From Gemmatimonadales bacterium (GTDB taxonomy: Bacteria; Gemmatimonadota; Gemmatimonadetes; Gemmatimonadales; GWC2-71-9): a DNA stretch of 64,000 nucleotides. This document shows, piece after piece, positions 28,904 to 42,641 of this stretch. The stretch is taken from NCBI GenBank assembly GCA_035251445.1, contig DATFEG010000040.1:15261-79260 (forward strand). Direction: 5' to 3'. The notes below the pieces were generated by a model, which ran no database searches, was not told where the DNA came from, and was given only the letters and a program-made list of their open reading frames with translations. A program made the position numbers and the translations under genes. The stretch's first letter is position 1. Each line of letters starts with the position of its first letter.

Positions 28904-29550
28904 GGGGGGGGAGCGGGGGAACGGGGGGGACCGGCGAGAAGGGCTACTTCGCCCATGAGTCCAGTTACGTCGATGAGGGTGCCAAGATCGGCAACGGAAC
29001 CAAGATCTGGCACTTTTCCCACGTGATGCCCGGCGCAGTCGTCGGGGAGCGGTGCAACCTCGGCCAGAATGTCGTCGTGATGCCCGGGACACGGATCGGC
29101 AACAACGTCAAGATCCAGAATAATGTCTCGATCTACGAAGGCGTCGAGCTGGAAGACGACGTGTTTTGCGGGCCGTCGTGCGTCTTCACGAATGTGATGA
29201 ACCCTCGGAGCCACGTGTCGCGCAAACACGAGTACCGCCGCACGCTCGTGAAGCGCGGCAGCACGATCGGCGCCAACGCCACCATCGTCTGTGGGATTAC
29301 CCTGGGGGAGTATTCTTTCATCGGCGCCGGCGCGGTCGTTACCTCGAACGTCCCTCCCTATGGACTCATGATCGGCGTGCCCGGGCGGCTCGTGGGATGG
29401 ATGTGCGAGTGCGGTGAGCGGCTGCATCCCAACGCCGGGCGAGCCGCCTGCGCGGTGTGTGGGGCAACGTATGAGGAAGCGGCGGCCGGAGGTGGCGGAC
29501 GGATGTTGCGGCAAACCGCGCCTTCACGCTCCAAGGCCGGGACCCCATGA
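28882..29550 (+). CDS. Left-handed beta-helix N-acetyltransferase (WbpD/WlbB-like)
   Basis: Hexapeptide repeats KIWHFSHV...[28 protein letters not shown]...VGVPGR. The only available start is GTG 28882, inside the murB 3' end. Confidence 0.8.
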   Translation: MQDHRRVRGGSGGTGGTGEKGYFAHESSYVDEGAKIGNGTKIWHFSHVMPGAVVGERCNLGQNVVVMPGTRIGNNVKIQNNVSIYEGVELEDDVFCGPSCVFTNVMNPRSHVSRKHEYRRTLVKRGSTIGANATIVCGITLGEYSFIGAGAVVTSNVPPYGLMIGVPGRLVGWMCECGERLHPNAGRAACAVCGATYEEAAAGGGGRMLRQTAPSRSKAGTP

Positions 29551-30662
29551 ACGTGCCGATGCTGGATCTCGTCGCGCAGTACAAGACGATCAAGGACGAA
29601 GTCCTGCGCGGGATGATGCAAGTGATTGAGACGCAGCAGTTCATCATGGGGCAGGCCGTGCCGCGCCTGGAAGTGGAAGTTGCCAAGGTGTCGCACGCCA
29701 AACACGGCATTGGCTGCGCGAGTGGGACGGACGCGCTTCTCCTGCCGCTCAAGGCGCTGAACCTGAAGCCTGGCGACGAAGTCATCACGACGCCATTCAC
29801 CTTCTTCGCCACGGCGGGCACGATCCACAATGCCGGCGGAAAACCGGTCTTCGTCGACATCCTGCCCGACACGTTCAACATCGATCCCGCCGCCGTCAAA
29901 CGTGCCATCACCCCGCGGACCCGTGCCATCGTGCCGGTGCATCTCTACGGTCAAATGGCCGACCTGATGGAATTGTTGGCGATCGCGACGGAGCGCGGAA
30001 TCAAGGTCATCGAGGACGCCGCGCAGGCGATCGGGGCGCGGCGCAAGATGGATGGCGAGTGGCGCCTGGCCGGCGAGCTCGGGTGGGTGACCGGCTACTC
30101 GTTCTTCCCGAGCAAGAATCTCGGCGCCTGGGGCGACGGCGGCATGATGGTGACGTCGGACGACGCGGCGGCCGACCGGCTGCGCAAGCTGCGGCTTCAC
30201 GGCGGCGCCAAACAGTATCACCACGACGAAGTCGGCACCAACTCCCGGCTCGACACGTTACAGGCTGCCGTGCTGCTTGCCAAGTTGCCGCACCTGGACA
30301 CGTGGTCCGCGAAACGGCGGGAGCATGCCGCCTACTATACGAAGGCGTTCGCCGATGTTCCGGAAGTGAAGCCGCCCATCACCGATCCTGCGAACGAACA
30401 CATCTTCCACCAGTACACGGTTCGCGCTCAGCGGCGCGACGACCTTCAGGCGCATCTAAAAAAAGAAGGAATCGGGCACGCGGTGTACTACCCGATCCCG
30501 CTTCACCGTCAGCCATGTTTTGCGCATCTCGGCTACAAAGACGGCAGCCTCCCCATCGCTGAGCGTGCCGCTCACGAGGTACTGTCGCTACCGATCTATC
30601 CGGAGCTTACGCAGGCGCAGCTCGACCAGGTGGTCGATGTCGTGCGCGGATTCTATCGGTGA
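29547..30662 (+). CDS. DegT/DnrJ/EryC1/StrS aminotransferase (WbpE-like)
   Basis: Family pattern ...[10 protein letters not shown]...[14 protein letters not shown]... Confidence 0.85.
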   Translation: MNVPMLDLVAQYKTIKDEVLRGMMQVIETQQFIMGQAVPRLEVEVAKVSHAKHGIGCASGTDALLLPLKALNLKPGDEVITTPFTFFATAGTIHNAGGKPVFVDILPDTFNIDPAAVKRAITPRTRAIVPVHLYGQMADLMELLAIATERGIKVIEDAAQAIGARRKMDGEWRLAGELGWVTGYSFFPSKNLGAWGDGGMMVTSDDAAADRLRKLRLHGGAKQYHHDEVGTNSRLDTLQAAVLLAKLPHLDTWSAKRREHAAYYTKAFADVPEVKPPITDPANEHIFHQYTVRAQRRDDLQAHLKKEGIGHAVYYPIPLHRQPCFAHLGYKDGSLPIAERAAHEVLSLPIYPELTQAQLDQVVDVVRGFYR

Positions 30663-31663
30663 AGCGCCTCAAAGTCGGCGTCGTGGGGGCCGGCGCGTGG
30701 GGCAGGAACCACGTCCGGACGGTAGCGGGGTTGGCGGAGGCGGAGCTCGCGGCCGTCTGCGATGCCGACCCGAAGGTCCGGGAACGGGTGGCCCGGCAGT
30801 ATCCGGCCGCGCTCGTCACCGGCGATGTCGAGGCCTTGCTCGGAGTCGTCGATGCGGTCATCGTCGCGTCGCCCGCGGCGACGCATGCGGCGATCGCCCG
30901 GCAGGTGGTCGAGGCCGGGAAGCCCGTGCTGGTCGAGAAGCCGTTTGCGCTGAACGTAGAAGACGCCCTGACGGTCGCGCGGCTCAGCACCGAGCGGAAA
31001 GTGCCGGTGCTGGCTGGCCACCTGCTGGTCTACCATCCCGCCGTGGAGCGGCTGCGGCAGTTGGTCCAGACGGGAGAATTGGGGCAGGTGTTCTATTTGT
31101 ATGGGCTGCGGGTCAACCTTGGGCAGGTGCGCAAGGACGAGAACGCTCTCTGGAGTTTCGGCCCGCACGATGTGTCGGTGGCACTTTACTTGCTTGGGGA
31201 GCACCCCATACGTGTGGCTGCGCACGGCAAGAGCTACCTGCAGCCCGCCATCGAGGACGTCGTGTTTCTTACGATGGAGTTCGGGAGCGGGGTGCTTGCG
31301 CACGTCCAGTTATCTTGGCTCGATCCCCATAAAGAGCGGAAGCTTACCGTGGTCGGTGCGAAGAAGATGGTAGTATTCGACGACATGGAGCCCCGCGAGA
31401 AGTTGCGTATTTACGACAAAGGTGTGGACCGTCCACCCGAATACGGCTCCTTTGGGGAGAGCTTGGCGATTCGGGAGGGCGACATCTTCATTCCCCGCAT
31501 CCCCTCGGTCGAGCCGCTTGCGGCCGAGCTCGCGCATTTCGTGCGTGCCGCGCAGGGTCGCGAAGCGCCACGGGCCAGCGCCGAGGACGGGGTGCACGTG
31601 GTGCGTGTGTTGGAAGCCGCTTCGCGCTCGCTGGCACGCGGTGGCGCTCCGGAGGTTCCATGA
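30659..31663 (+). CDS. Gfo/Idh/MocA oxidoreductase (WbpB-like)
   Basis: KVGVVGAGAWGRNH...LVEKPFALN. Confidence 0.8.
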   Translation: MKRLKVGVVGAGAWGRNHVRTVAGLAEAELAAVCDADPKVRERVARQYPAALVTGDVEALLGVVDAVIVASPAATHAAIARQVVEAGKPVLVEKPFALNVEDALTVARLSTERKVPVLAGHLLVYHPAVERLRQLVQTGELGQVFYLYGLRVNLGQVRKDENALWSFGPHDVSVALYLLGEHPIRVAAHGKSYLQPAIEDVVFLTMEFGSGVLAHVQLSWLDPHKERKLTVVGAKKMVVFDDMEPREKLRIYDKGVDRPPEYGSFGESLAIREGDIFIPRIPSVEPLAAELAHFVRAAQGREAPRASAEDGVHVVRVLEAASRSLARGGAPEVP

Positions 31664-32985
31664 CGGCTACGGTGTCGGTGCCTACAACGGTTGATACGCT
31701 GCTCGCGAAAGCCAAAGACCGCACGGCGGTGTTCGGCGTGGTCGGTCTGGGATACGTGGGGTTACCGCTCGCGATGGAGGTCGTGCGAGCCGGCTATCGC
31801 GTGCTGGGGTTCGACGTGAATCCACGCGTCGTCGATTTGCTGAACGGCGGCAGTTCTCACATTCAGGACGTCGCCGCAGGCACAGTAAACGACGCCGTGC
31901 AGGCGAAGCAGTTCGCCGCGACGACGGATCTGAGCCGGTTGAGCGAGCCCGACGTCATCTCGATCAGCGTGCCCACGCCGCTGTCCAAGACGAAAGATCC
32001 AGATGTGAGTTACGTGCTCGCGGCCACGGAATCGGTCAAGCGGGCGCTGCGCAAGGGCCAGCTCGTCGTGCTCGAGTCGACGACCTATCCGGGGACCACG
32101 CGCGAGCTGATGCTGCCCTCCCTCGTGTCGACGGGCCTCAAGGTCGGCGAGGATTTCTTCCTGGCCTTCTCGCCTGAGCGCGTGGATCCGGGCAACGAGC
32201 GCTTCAACACCCGCAACACGCCCAAGGTGGTGGGCGGAATCACTCCGGCCTGCCTGAAGGTCGCGCTCGCGCTCTATCAGCCCGCGATCGATACGCTGGT
32301 TCCCGTGTCCTCTCCGGAAGCGGCCGAGCTGGTGAAGATTCTCGAGAATACGTTCCGCAGCGTGAACATCGGGCTCGTCAACGAAATGGCGATCGTGTGC
32401 GATAAGCTGGGTGTGGATGTGTGGGAAGTGATCGAGGCGGCGTCGACCAAGCCGTTCGGCTTCATGAAGTTCACGCCCGGACCGGGCGTCGGTGGCCACT
32501 GCATCCCGCTCGATCCGCACTATCTCGCGTGGAAGATGCGCACGTTGAACTACAAGACGCGCTTTATCGAGCTCGCCGGCGAGTTGAACGCGGAGATGCC
32601 CGAGTTCTGGGTGCGGAAGGTGGTCGACGCGCTGAACGACCAGGGCAAGGCGGTGCGCGGCAGCCGGGTGCTGCTGCTGGGCGTGGCCTACAAGAAAAAC
32701 ATCGATGACATCCGGGAGAGCCCCGCGCTCGACGTGATTCGCTTGCTGCACCAGCGCGGCGCGCAGATCTCGTATTACGATCCCCATGTGCCGACGTTGA
32801 AGGAAGACGGGATCGCGCTGACCTCGCAGCCGCTCACCGCCGAAACGCTGCGCGCCGCCGACTGTGTCATGATCATCACGGATCACGACGCGGTGGACTA
32901 CCAGCTCGTGAAGCGGCACGCGCGCGCGACGGTGGATACGCGGCACGTGCTTGCCCGGGGTGCCAAGGGAGGACCTCGCGAGTGA
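31660..32985 (+). CDS. UDP-N-acetyl-D-hexosamine 6-dehydrogenase (WbpA/WecC-like nucleotide-sugar dehydrogenase)
   Basis: VVGLGYVGLPLA...GGHCIPLDP... Confidence 0.82.
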   Translation: MTATVSVPTTVDTLLAKAKDRTAVFGVVGLGYVGLPLAMEVVRAGYRVLGFDVNPRVVDLLNGGSSHIQDVAAGTVNDAVQAKQFAATTDLSRLSEPDVISISVPTPLSKTKDPDVSYVLAATESVKRALRKGQLVVLESTTYPGTTRELMLPSLVSTGLKVGEDFFLAFSPERVDPGNERFNTRNTPKVVGGITPACLKVALALYQPAIDTLVPVSSPEAAELVKILENTFRSVNIGLVNEMAIVCDKLGVDVWEVIEAASTKPFGFMKFTPGPGVGGHCIPLDPHYLAWKMRTLNYKTRFIELAGELNAEMPEFWVRKVVDALNDQGKAVRGSRVLLLGVAYKKNIDDIRESPALDVIRLLHQRGAQISYYDPHVPTLKEDGIALTSQPLTAETLRAADCVMIITDHDAVDYQLVKRHARATVDTRHVLARGAKGGPRE

Positions 32986-34298
32986 AGGTCGCCATCGTCG
33001 GCACGGGGTACGTTGGCCTCGTCGTGGGAGCGTGTCTTGCGGAAACCGGCAACGATGTGATTTGCGCCGACGTGGACGCTTCCAAGATCAACGCTCTCAA
33101 GCAGAACAAGATTCCGATCTACGAGCCCGGGCTCGAGCCGATGGTGGTGCGCAACCAGCGCGAAGGCCGGCTGTCGTTCACCACAGATGTCGCGCAAGCC
33201 GTCGAAGTCTCGGAGGTCATCTTCATCGCCGTCGGAACGCCGCCCGACGAGGACGGCTCGGCCGACCTGCAGCATGTCCTCGCCGTGGCGCGCACGGTCG
33301 GCCAGCACATGAATACGTCGAAGCTCGTCGTCACCAAGAGCACGGTGCCTGTGGGTACGGCCGAGAAGGTGCGGGCCGAGATCGCGCGACACACGACGAC
33401 GCCGTTCCACGTGTGCTCCAATCCCGAGTTCCTGAAAGAAGGCGCGGCAGTCGACGATTTCATGAAGCCCGACCGGGTCGTGGTGGGCGTCGACTCCGAT
33501 CACGCGGCCAAGGTCATCGAAGAGTTGTACGCGCCGTTCGTCCGTACGGGCAATCCCCTGATCGTCATGGACATCCCGTCGGCCGAAATGACGAAGTACG
33601 CGGCCAATGCGATGCTCGCCACCCGGATTTCGTTCATGAATCAGATCGCGCGGCTGTGCGAGGCGGTGGGGGCCAACGTCACGCACGTGCGCCGGGGTAT
33701 CGGCAGCGACCGGCGCATCGGCCAGGCGTTTCTCTTTCCGGGACCGGGATACGGCGGCTCTTGCTTCCCCAAGGACGTCAAAGCCTTGATCCGCACTGCG
33801 TCCGAGAACGACGTGGCGCTCGACGTCCTGCAGGCGGTCGAAGCCGCCAACGATGCGCAGAAGCACGTGCTGTTCGACAAGCTGAAACGCCATCTTGGTG
33901 ACCTGCAGCAAAAGACGGTGGCCGTCTGGGGCCTCGCCTTCAAGGCCGAGACGGATGATGTGCGGGAAAGTCCCGCGTTAGTGCTCGTGGAGGCGCTGCT
34001 GTGTGAAGGCGTCAAGGTGCACGTGCACGACCCCGCCGCCATGAAAACCGCTGCCCGTCATCTCGGCTCGCGGGTGCAGTACGCGGCGCACGCGTACGAC
34101 GCCCTCAGCGGCGCCGACGCGCTCGCGATCGTCACGGAATGGCTCGAATACCGTACCCCCGACTTCGCGCGGATGAAACAGCTTCTGACCCAGCCGCTGA
34201 TCGTCGATGGGCGCAATCTGTACGACCCCGTCAAGCTGGGCCGGCTCGGATTCACCTACGACTCCATCGGCCGTCCGCTCGGATGCGCGTCCTCGTAA
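32982..34298 (+). CDS. ugd: UDP-glucose 6-dehydrogenase
   Basis: [14 protein letters not shown]...[10 protein letters not shown]. Confidence 0.88.
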   Translation: MKVAIVGTGYVGLVVGACLAETGNDVICADVDASKINALKQNKIPIYEPGLEPMVVRNQREGRLSFTTDVAQAVEVSEVIFIAVGTPPDEDGSADLQHVLAVARTVGQHMNTSKLVVTKSTVPVGTAEKVRAEIARHTTTPFHVCSNPEFLKEGAAVDDFMKPDRVVVGVDSDHAAKVIEELYAPFVRTGNPLIVMDIPSAEMTKYAANAMLATRISFMNQIARLCEAVGANVTHVRRGIGSDRRIGQAFLFPGPGYGGSCFPKDVKALIRTASENDVALDVLQAVEAANDAQKHVLFDKLKRHLGDLQQKTVAVWGLAFKAETDDVRESPALVLVEALLCEGVKVHVHDPAAMKTAARHLGSRVQYAAHAYDALSGADALAIVTEWLEYRTPDFARMKQLLTQPLIVDGRNLYDPVKLGRLGFTYDSIGRPLGCASS

Positions 34299-35236
34299 CG
34301 GGCGCCGCCGGATTCCTCGGATCGCATCTCGCTGACAAGTTCCTGGCACTGGGGTACGAAGTGCTGGGCATGGACAACCACGTCACCGGGAATCCGGCGA
34401 ATCTCACGCATCTTCACGGGCACCCCCGCTTCCGCTTCGCCAATCAGGACGTCACGCGCTACATCGAGGTCGAAGGCCCGCTGGATGGCGTCCTGCACTT
34501 CGCGAGTCCGGCGAGCCCGATTGACTACCTCGAATTGCCGATCCAGACCCTCAAGGTGGGCTCGCTCGGCACCCACAAAGCACTCGGCCTGGCGCTGGCC
34601 AAGCGGGCGCGCTTCCTCCTCGCTTCGACCTCGGAGGTTTATGGCGACCCGCTCGTCCACCCGCAGCCGGAATCGTACTGGGGTAACGTGAATCCCGTGG
34701 GGCCGCGGGGGGTGTACGATGAAGCGAAGCGTTTCGCCGAAGCGCTCACCATGGCCTATCACCGCTATCACGGTCTCGACACCCGCATCGTGCGGATTTT
34801 CAATACATACGGGCCGCGGATGCGCCCCAATGACGGCCGGGTGGTGTCCAACTTCATCGTGCAGGCGCTGCGCGGCGAGCCGCTCACCGTGTACGGCGAT
34901 GGCTCACAGACGCGCTCCTTCTGCTACGTGGACGACCTGATCGAAGGGATCGTGCGGTTGTTCGAGCGCGGGACCAACGAACCGACGAACATCGGGAATC
35001 CGTATGAATTCACCGTGGGGCAACTGGCTGAGCGCGTGCTGGCGCTGACCGGGAGCAAGAGCACCGTGGTCCAACGTCCCCTGCCGATCGACGACCCCCG
35101 GGTCCGCCAACCTGATATTACCTACGCTCGCGCGACGCTCGGATGGGAACCGAAGGTTCCTCTGGACGACGGGCTGACCCGGACAATCGCATACTTCCGC
35201 AAAGTCGTGGCACCGGAGACAGCGGCGGTCCGATGA
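34283..35236 (+). CDS. UDP-glucuronate decarboxylase (UDP-xylose synthase)
   Basis: [16 protein letters not shown]...STSEVYGDP...YDEAKR...[10 protein letters not shown]. Confidence 0.85.
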   Translation: MRVLVTGAAGFLGSHLADKFLALGYEVLGMDNHVTGNPANLTHLHGHPRFRFANQDVTRYIEVEGPLDGVLHFASPASPIDYLELPIQTLKVGSLGTHKALGLALAKRARFLLASTSEVYGDPLVHPQPESYWGNVNPVGPRGVYDEAKRFAEALTMAYHRYHGLDTRIVRIFNTYGPRMRPNDGRVVSNFIVQALRGEPLTVYGDGSQTRSFCYVDDLIEGIVRLFERGTNEPTNIGNPYEFTVGQLAERVLALTGSKSTVVQRPLPIDDPRVRQPDITYARATLGWEPKVPLDDGLTRTIAYFRKVVAPETAAVR

Positions 35237-36219
35237 GCACAAAAGTGCTCCTCACCGGCGCTGCCGGGTTCATCGGCTCGCATTTCGCCGAGGCGCTTCT
35301 CGCGCGGGGTTACAGTGTCACGGGCGTCGACAATTTCGACCCATTCTACGCGCGCGAGGTGAAGGAGCGGAACATCGAGGGGATCAGCAAGCACAGGAGC
35401 TTTGAGTTTGTCGAGGCGGATGTCGCGCGCGATCCGTTGCCGCTCGACGGGATGGAGGCGATCATCCATCTCGCCGCGAAGCCGGGTGTGCGGCCGTCGC
35501 TCGAGGACCCCGGTGCCTACATGGAAGCGAACGTCACCGCGACGGCGCGACTGCTCGATGCGGCGCGACGCAGGGGAATTGCACGGATCGTTTTCGGGTC
35601 GTCGTCGTCCGTATACGGGAATGCGACACCCGCTCCATTCGACGAGGACGAGCCCGCCGTCTCGCCGATCTCGCCGTACGCGGCCAGCAAACGGGCCGGC
35701 GAGCTGCTCGCGCATACCTTTGCCCATCTGTACCCGCTGCGCATCATGTGCCTGCGGTTCTTCACGGTGTATGGCCCGCGCCAGCGCCCCGACCTGGCGA
35801 TCCACAAGTTCACCGATCTGCTCGCGCGGGGGCGGCCGATTCGGATGCATGGAGATGGGTCGAGCGAGCGGGACTATACCTATATTACCGACATTCTCGA
35901 CGGCATCATGGCGGGGCTGGACTGGACGGCGCAGGCACGTCCTGGGACGGTTGAGATCGTCAACCTCGGCGGCGGAGCGCGGGTGCGTCTCGACCGGCTC
36001 ATCGCCCTTATCGCCGCAGCGCTTGGCCGGGAACCGACCATCGAGCGGCATCCCGATCAGCCGGGTGACGTGCGGCTGACCGACGCGGACTTGGAGCACG
36101 CGGGGCGCGTCCTGGGCTTCCGGCCCAAAGTCGGGATCGAGGAAGGCATCCGGAGGTTCGTCGACTGGTATCAGGAGGTTCATGGACGTCAGTCCCGAGC
36201 ACCTAGTCGAGCAGGCTAA
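35233..36219 (+). CDS. NAD-dependent epimerase (UDP-glucuronate 4-epimerase-like)
   Basis: [14 protein letters not shown]...DNFDPFY...YAASK. Confidence 0.75.
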   Translation: MSTKVLLTGAAGFIGSHFAEALLARGYSVTGVDNFDPFYAREVKERNIEGISKHRSFEFVEADVARDPLPLDGMEAIIHLAAKPGVRPSLEDPGAYMEANVTATARLLDAARRRGIARIVFGSSSSVYGNATPAPFDEDEPAVSPISPYAASKRAGELLAHTFAHLYPLRIMCLRFFTVYGPRQRPDLAIHKFTDLLARGRPIRMHGDGSSERDYTYITDILDGIMAGLDWTAQARPGTVEIVNLGGGARVRLDRLIALIAAALGREPTIERHPDQPGDVRLTDADLEHAGRVLGFRPKVGIEEGIRRFVDWYQEVHGRQSRAPSRAG

Positions 36220-36967
36220 CGAGCGCTTTCAGTTGCAGGACTATTACGGCGCGATTCACCTCCTCGAGGAGGTCATCGCGACGGGCCGCGCCTTTGCCGA
36301 CGCCCATCACCTGCTCGGTCTTTCCTACTCGCTCGTCGGTCAGCCCGAAAAGGCGCTGGAACAGCTCGATCGCGCGCTGGCGCTGAATCCGAACTACATC
36401 GAAGCGTTGATTCACCGCGCATTGGTGCTCAACGAGCTGGGACGAGAGGAGGAGGCCGACGCGTCGCTGCGGCGCGCCCGACAGGTGACCTCGGAGCGAC
36501 GCGGTGGCTTTCACGGGCACGTGGCCGCGAAACTCGCCAACCAGCATGCGTCGCTCGGCCAGGCATACCTCGAGGCGGGCGGGCTGACGGAGGCGATCGC
36601 GCAATACGAGGCCGCGCTCGAGCTGGGACCGGACTTTCACGACCTCCGCTATAAGCTCGGCCGCTTGTTGCTCGAGGCTGGTCGCGCGCTCGATGCGCAC
36701 GAGGAGTTCGAGAGAATCGTGCGCGAGCATCCCTCTTTTCTCGATGCTGCCGCGATGCTGGGGCTCGCATGTTATCTCTCGGGGGACGGACTGGGCGCCC
36801 GAGCGGTCTGGCAGGACCTGCGCGCCCGACGCCCCGAAGATCCCCGGGTGGAGGCCTACCTCGCGCTGCTGTCCCGCTCCGACGTCACCCCAGTCGCAGT
36901 CGACGGGGGTGGGGGGGGTGCGGGGGCGAGCGAGGAGCCGGCGCTCAGAAAGAAGAAAAAGAAGTGA
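36182..36967 (+). CDS. TPR repeat protein
   Basis: Several 34-aa TPR units (AHHLLGLSYSLVGQPEKALEQLDRALALNPNY...). Gly-rich then Lys-rich tail. Confidence 0.7.
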   Translation: MDVSPEHLVEQANERFQLQDYYGAIHLLEEVIATGRAFADAHHLLGLSYSLVGQPEKALEQLDRALALNPNYIEALIHRALVLNELGREEEADASLRRARQVTSERRGGFHGHVAAKLANQHASLGQAYLEAGGLTEAIAQYEAALELGPDFHDLRYKLGRLLLEAGRALDAHEEFERIVREHPSFLDAAAMLGLACYLSGDGLGARAVWQDLRARRPEDPRVEAYLALLSRSDVTPVAVDGGGGGAGASEEPALRKKKKK

Positions 36968-37860
36968 GACGCATTGGAACGGCGGCCCTCCTGCTCCTGA
37001 GCGCGTGCACGCGCTCGGCGGCCAATCACGAGGAGCTCGGGGACCGCGCATACGCCGCCGGGTTGTACGTCGACGCCCTCGCCGAGTATCAGCTCGGCCG
37101 TCGAGCCGACGCGGGCAGCCCCACTTTGCTGGCGAAGGTCGGCGCGGCCGCCACGCACGCCGAGGATTACGAGCTCGCGGCCGAAGCCTATCGCACCCTC
37201 GCAAAGCGCGACCGCTCCCGCGCGGATGAAGCAGCCGACGGGCTGGATCGCGTCGCCCGGGCCGCCCTGACGGCGAATGACCGCACCGCGCTGGCGAGCG
37301 CGTTGACGGGCTTGCGCGAGGTGGCGCCGCGCCGGCCGCTCGGGCGCTACGTCGTTTTGGCGGCACTGGACGCGGTCGATCGAGGGGACACGGCCGAAGC
37401 GACGGCGTTGCTGCCGGTCGCGGCGGCGGCGGCCGTCGACGCAGCCCGGTCCGACTCGCTACTCTTCGTGTACGGACGGACGCTCGTTCGGGTGAGGGAT
37501 TGCAGCACCGCCGTGCGGGTATTCGAGGCAGTGATCCGCCGGCAGCGAGCGGCAGTTGTCGTGGAGTCCGCGCGCGAGGGCCTCGGGCTGTGCACGCTTG
37601 TCGAAGGGCAGATCGCGCTCGAGCAGGGCCGGCCGGGCGACGCGGAGGCTTGGTTTCGCCGCGCGACCGCTCCGGGCGCCTCCCCCGATGTGGTACGCGC
37701 CGCGTTCCTCGGCTTGGGCGATGTGCGGCTCGCGCAGGGTGACATTGCGGGGGCTATGGAGAGTTATCAGCAGGCGCTCGTGGGCGGCACGCCGGGGGAC
37801 ACGATTTCACAGCGGGCCCAGGAAAAGCTCAACGCGTTGGGAAAGGCTGAGCCGGAATGA
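36964..37860 (+). CDS. Hypothetical TPR-like lipoprotein
   Basis: GTG 36964 overlaps the upstream stop. Lipobox LLLLSAC. Confidence 0.6.
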   Translation: MRRIGTAALLLLSACTRSAANHEELGDRAYAAGLYVDALAEYQLGRRADAGSPTLLAKVGAAATHAEDYELAAEAYRTLAKRDRSRADEAADGLDRVARAALTANDRTALASALTGLREVAPRRPLGRYVVLAALDAVDRGDTAEATALLPVAAAAAVDAARSDSLLFVYGRTLVRVRDCSTAVRVFEAVIRRQRAAVVVESAREGLGLCTLVEGQIALEQGRPGDAEAWFRRATAPGASPDVVRAAFLGLGDVRLAQGDIAGAMESYQQALVGGTPGDTISQRAQEKLNALGKAEPE

Positions 37861-38630
37861 CGATGGAGCGAACGATCGGGGTTGTGATACTGTGCGCCGC
37901 GCTCGGCGCGAGCGCCGGCTGCGGCCGGCGCGCGCGATCGGCCGCCCCGACGCTCGATCCGTCCGTCAACCTCGAACGCGCGATGCAGGACTTCCGCCGC
38001 GGCAACTTTCGGAAAGCACAGACGACGTTGCAGCGCCTCACCTTCGAATTCGGACCCAGTCAGCCCGAGCTTGCGCAGGCGCGTTACTACCTCGCCGAGT
38101 GCTCGTTCCAGCTCGGTGAATTCATCCAGGCGGCCGCGGACTTTCGCCGGGTGGCGGACGACTTTTCGACCAGTGAGTACGCACCGATCGCCCTGCTGCG
38201 GGCCGGCGACGCGAACTTGCGGCTTTGGCGCCGGCCGGAGCTGGATCCCAGCTACGGCGAGACCGCGCTCGCGCTCTATCAGGAGCTCGCCGGACGCTAT
38301 CCCGAGAGTGATGCCGCGGGGCGGGCACGTCCACATGTACGCCGGCTCGAGAATCAATTCGCCGAGAAGGCGTATAAGACGGGCCTCTTCTACATGCGGC
38401 GCAAAGCGTTCGATTCCGCGATCATCTACTTCAAAGACGTGATTGCGAACTACCCGAGCGCCAGCCGCGCGCCGGACGCGTTGCTGAAGTTGGTGGACAG
38501 TTATCAGGCCATCGGGTACACGCAGGAGCAGCAGGAGACCTGCGCGCACCTGCGCCGCTATTACCCGAGCGCGATGGGGCTGGACCGCAGTTGTCCCGCG
38601 ACCGCGGGTTCCAGCGCGACTCCCTCCTGA
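37857..38630 (+). CDS. bamD: Outer membrane protein assembly factor BamD
   Basis: Lipobox GASAGC. YYLAECSFQLGEF...AEKAYKTGLFYMRRKAFDSAIIYFKDVIANYP. Confidence 0.85.
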   Translation: MTMERTIGVVILCAALGASAGCGRRARSAAPTLDPSVNLERAMQDFRRGNFRKAQTTLQRLTFEFGPSQPELAQARYYLAECSFQLGEFIQAAADFRRVADDFSTSEYAPIALLRAGDANLRLWRRPELDPSYGETALALYQELAGRYPESDAAGRARPHVRRLENQFAEKAYKTGLFYMRRKAFDSAIIYFKDVIANYPSASRAPDALLKLVDSYQAIGYTQEQQETCAHLRRYYPSAMGLDRSCPATAGSSATPS

Positions 38631-38635
38631 GCGGC

Positions 38636-39202
38636 GTGAACGCGCTGTTCGGGGGCTCGTTCGACCCCGTCCATGTAGCGCACCTGATCGTGGCAGAAAC
38701 GGCGGCCGACGAGCTGGGCGACGGTACCGCGATTCGGTTCCTGCCGGCCCGCGAGCAGCCGTTCAAGCGCGCGGCCCATCAGGCGACCGCCGAGCAGCGT
38801 GCCGAGATGCTCGAGCTGGCGGTGCGCACTAACCCCCGGCTGCGTGTCGAGCGGATCGAGCTCGAGTTGCCGACGCCATCCTATACGGTCCGGACCCTAC
38901 GCGCTCTGGCGGCGCGGGAGCCGGGGAACCGGTTCACGTTATTGTTGGGTGCGGACGCGGCCAATGACCTGGCGGCGTGGTGGGAAATGGAAGCCCTGCC
39001 TGAGCTCGCCGATATCGTCGTCTTCGCCCGGGCCGGTGCTGCAATCCCGCGGCATCCGCTCATTGGCAGGGTGATTAACGTTCCCGCCATCGACCTCTCC
39101 GCCACACAGGTTCGCGAGCGCGTCAAGCAGGGGCGTTCCATTCGATATTTAGTACCTGAACCGGTCCGCGAATACATCGCGGGCCGGGGGCTTTATCGCT
39201 AG
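38636..39202 (+). CDS. nadD: Nicotinate-nucleotide adenylyltransferase
   Basis: LFGGSFDPVHVAHL. GTG 38636 lies just after the bamD stop. The alternative ATG 38591 overlaps bamD. Confidence 0.85.
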   Translation: MNALFGGSFDPVHVAHLIVAETAADELGDGTAIRFLPAREQPFKRAAHQATAEQRAEMLELAVRTNPRLRVERIELELPTPSYTVRTLRALAAREPGNRFTLLLGADAANDLAAWWEMEALPELADIVVFARAGAAIPRHPLIGRVINVPAIDLSATQVRERVKQGRSIRYLVPEPVREYIAGRGLYR

Positions 39203-39208
39203 AGGATT

Positions 39209-42508
<3,300 letters not shown>

Positions 42509-42510
42509 AT

Positions 42511-42602
42511 ACGGAACGTGGAGTGTGGAATGCGGAATTGACGGGCAAGCTTCGAAACCCGCCCTGAAATTGCGCATTCCGAACTCCGCATTTCGCATTC
42601 TT
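42511..42602. repeat. Inverted arrays of tandem heptanucleotides (GTGGAGT GTGGAAT GCGGAAT ... CATTCCG AACTCCG CATTTCG) forming a hairpin downstream of secA
   Basis: 7-bp periodicity read directly. 42518-42539 pairs with 42569-42590 (22 positions: 18 Watson-Crick, 2 G-U, 2 mismatches). Confidence 0.8.
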
Positions 42603-42641
42603 TCGGTACCGGTATTCGCAGTTCTCCCCGTATGTTAGCTC

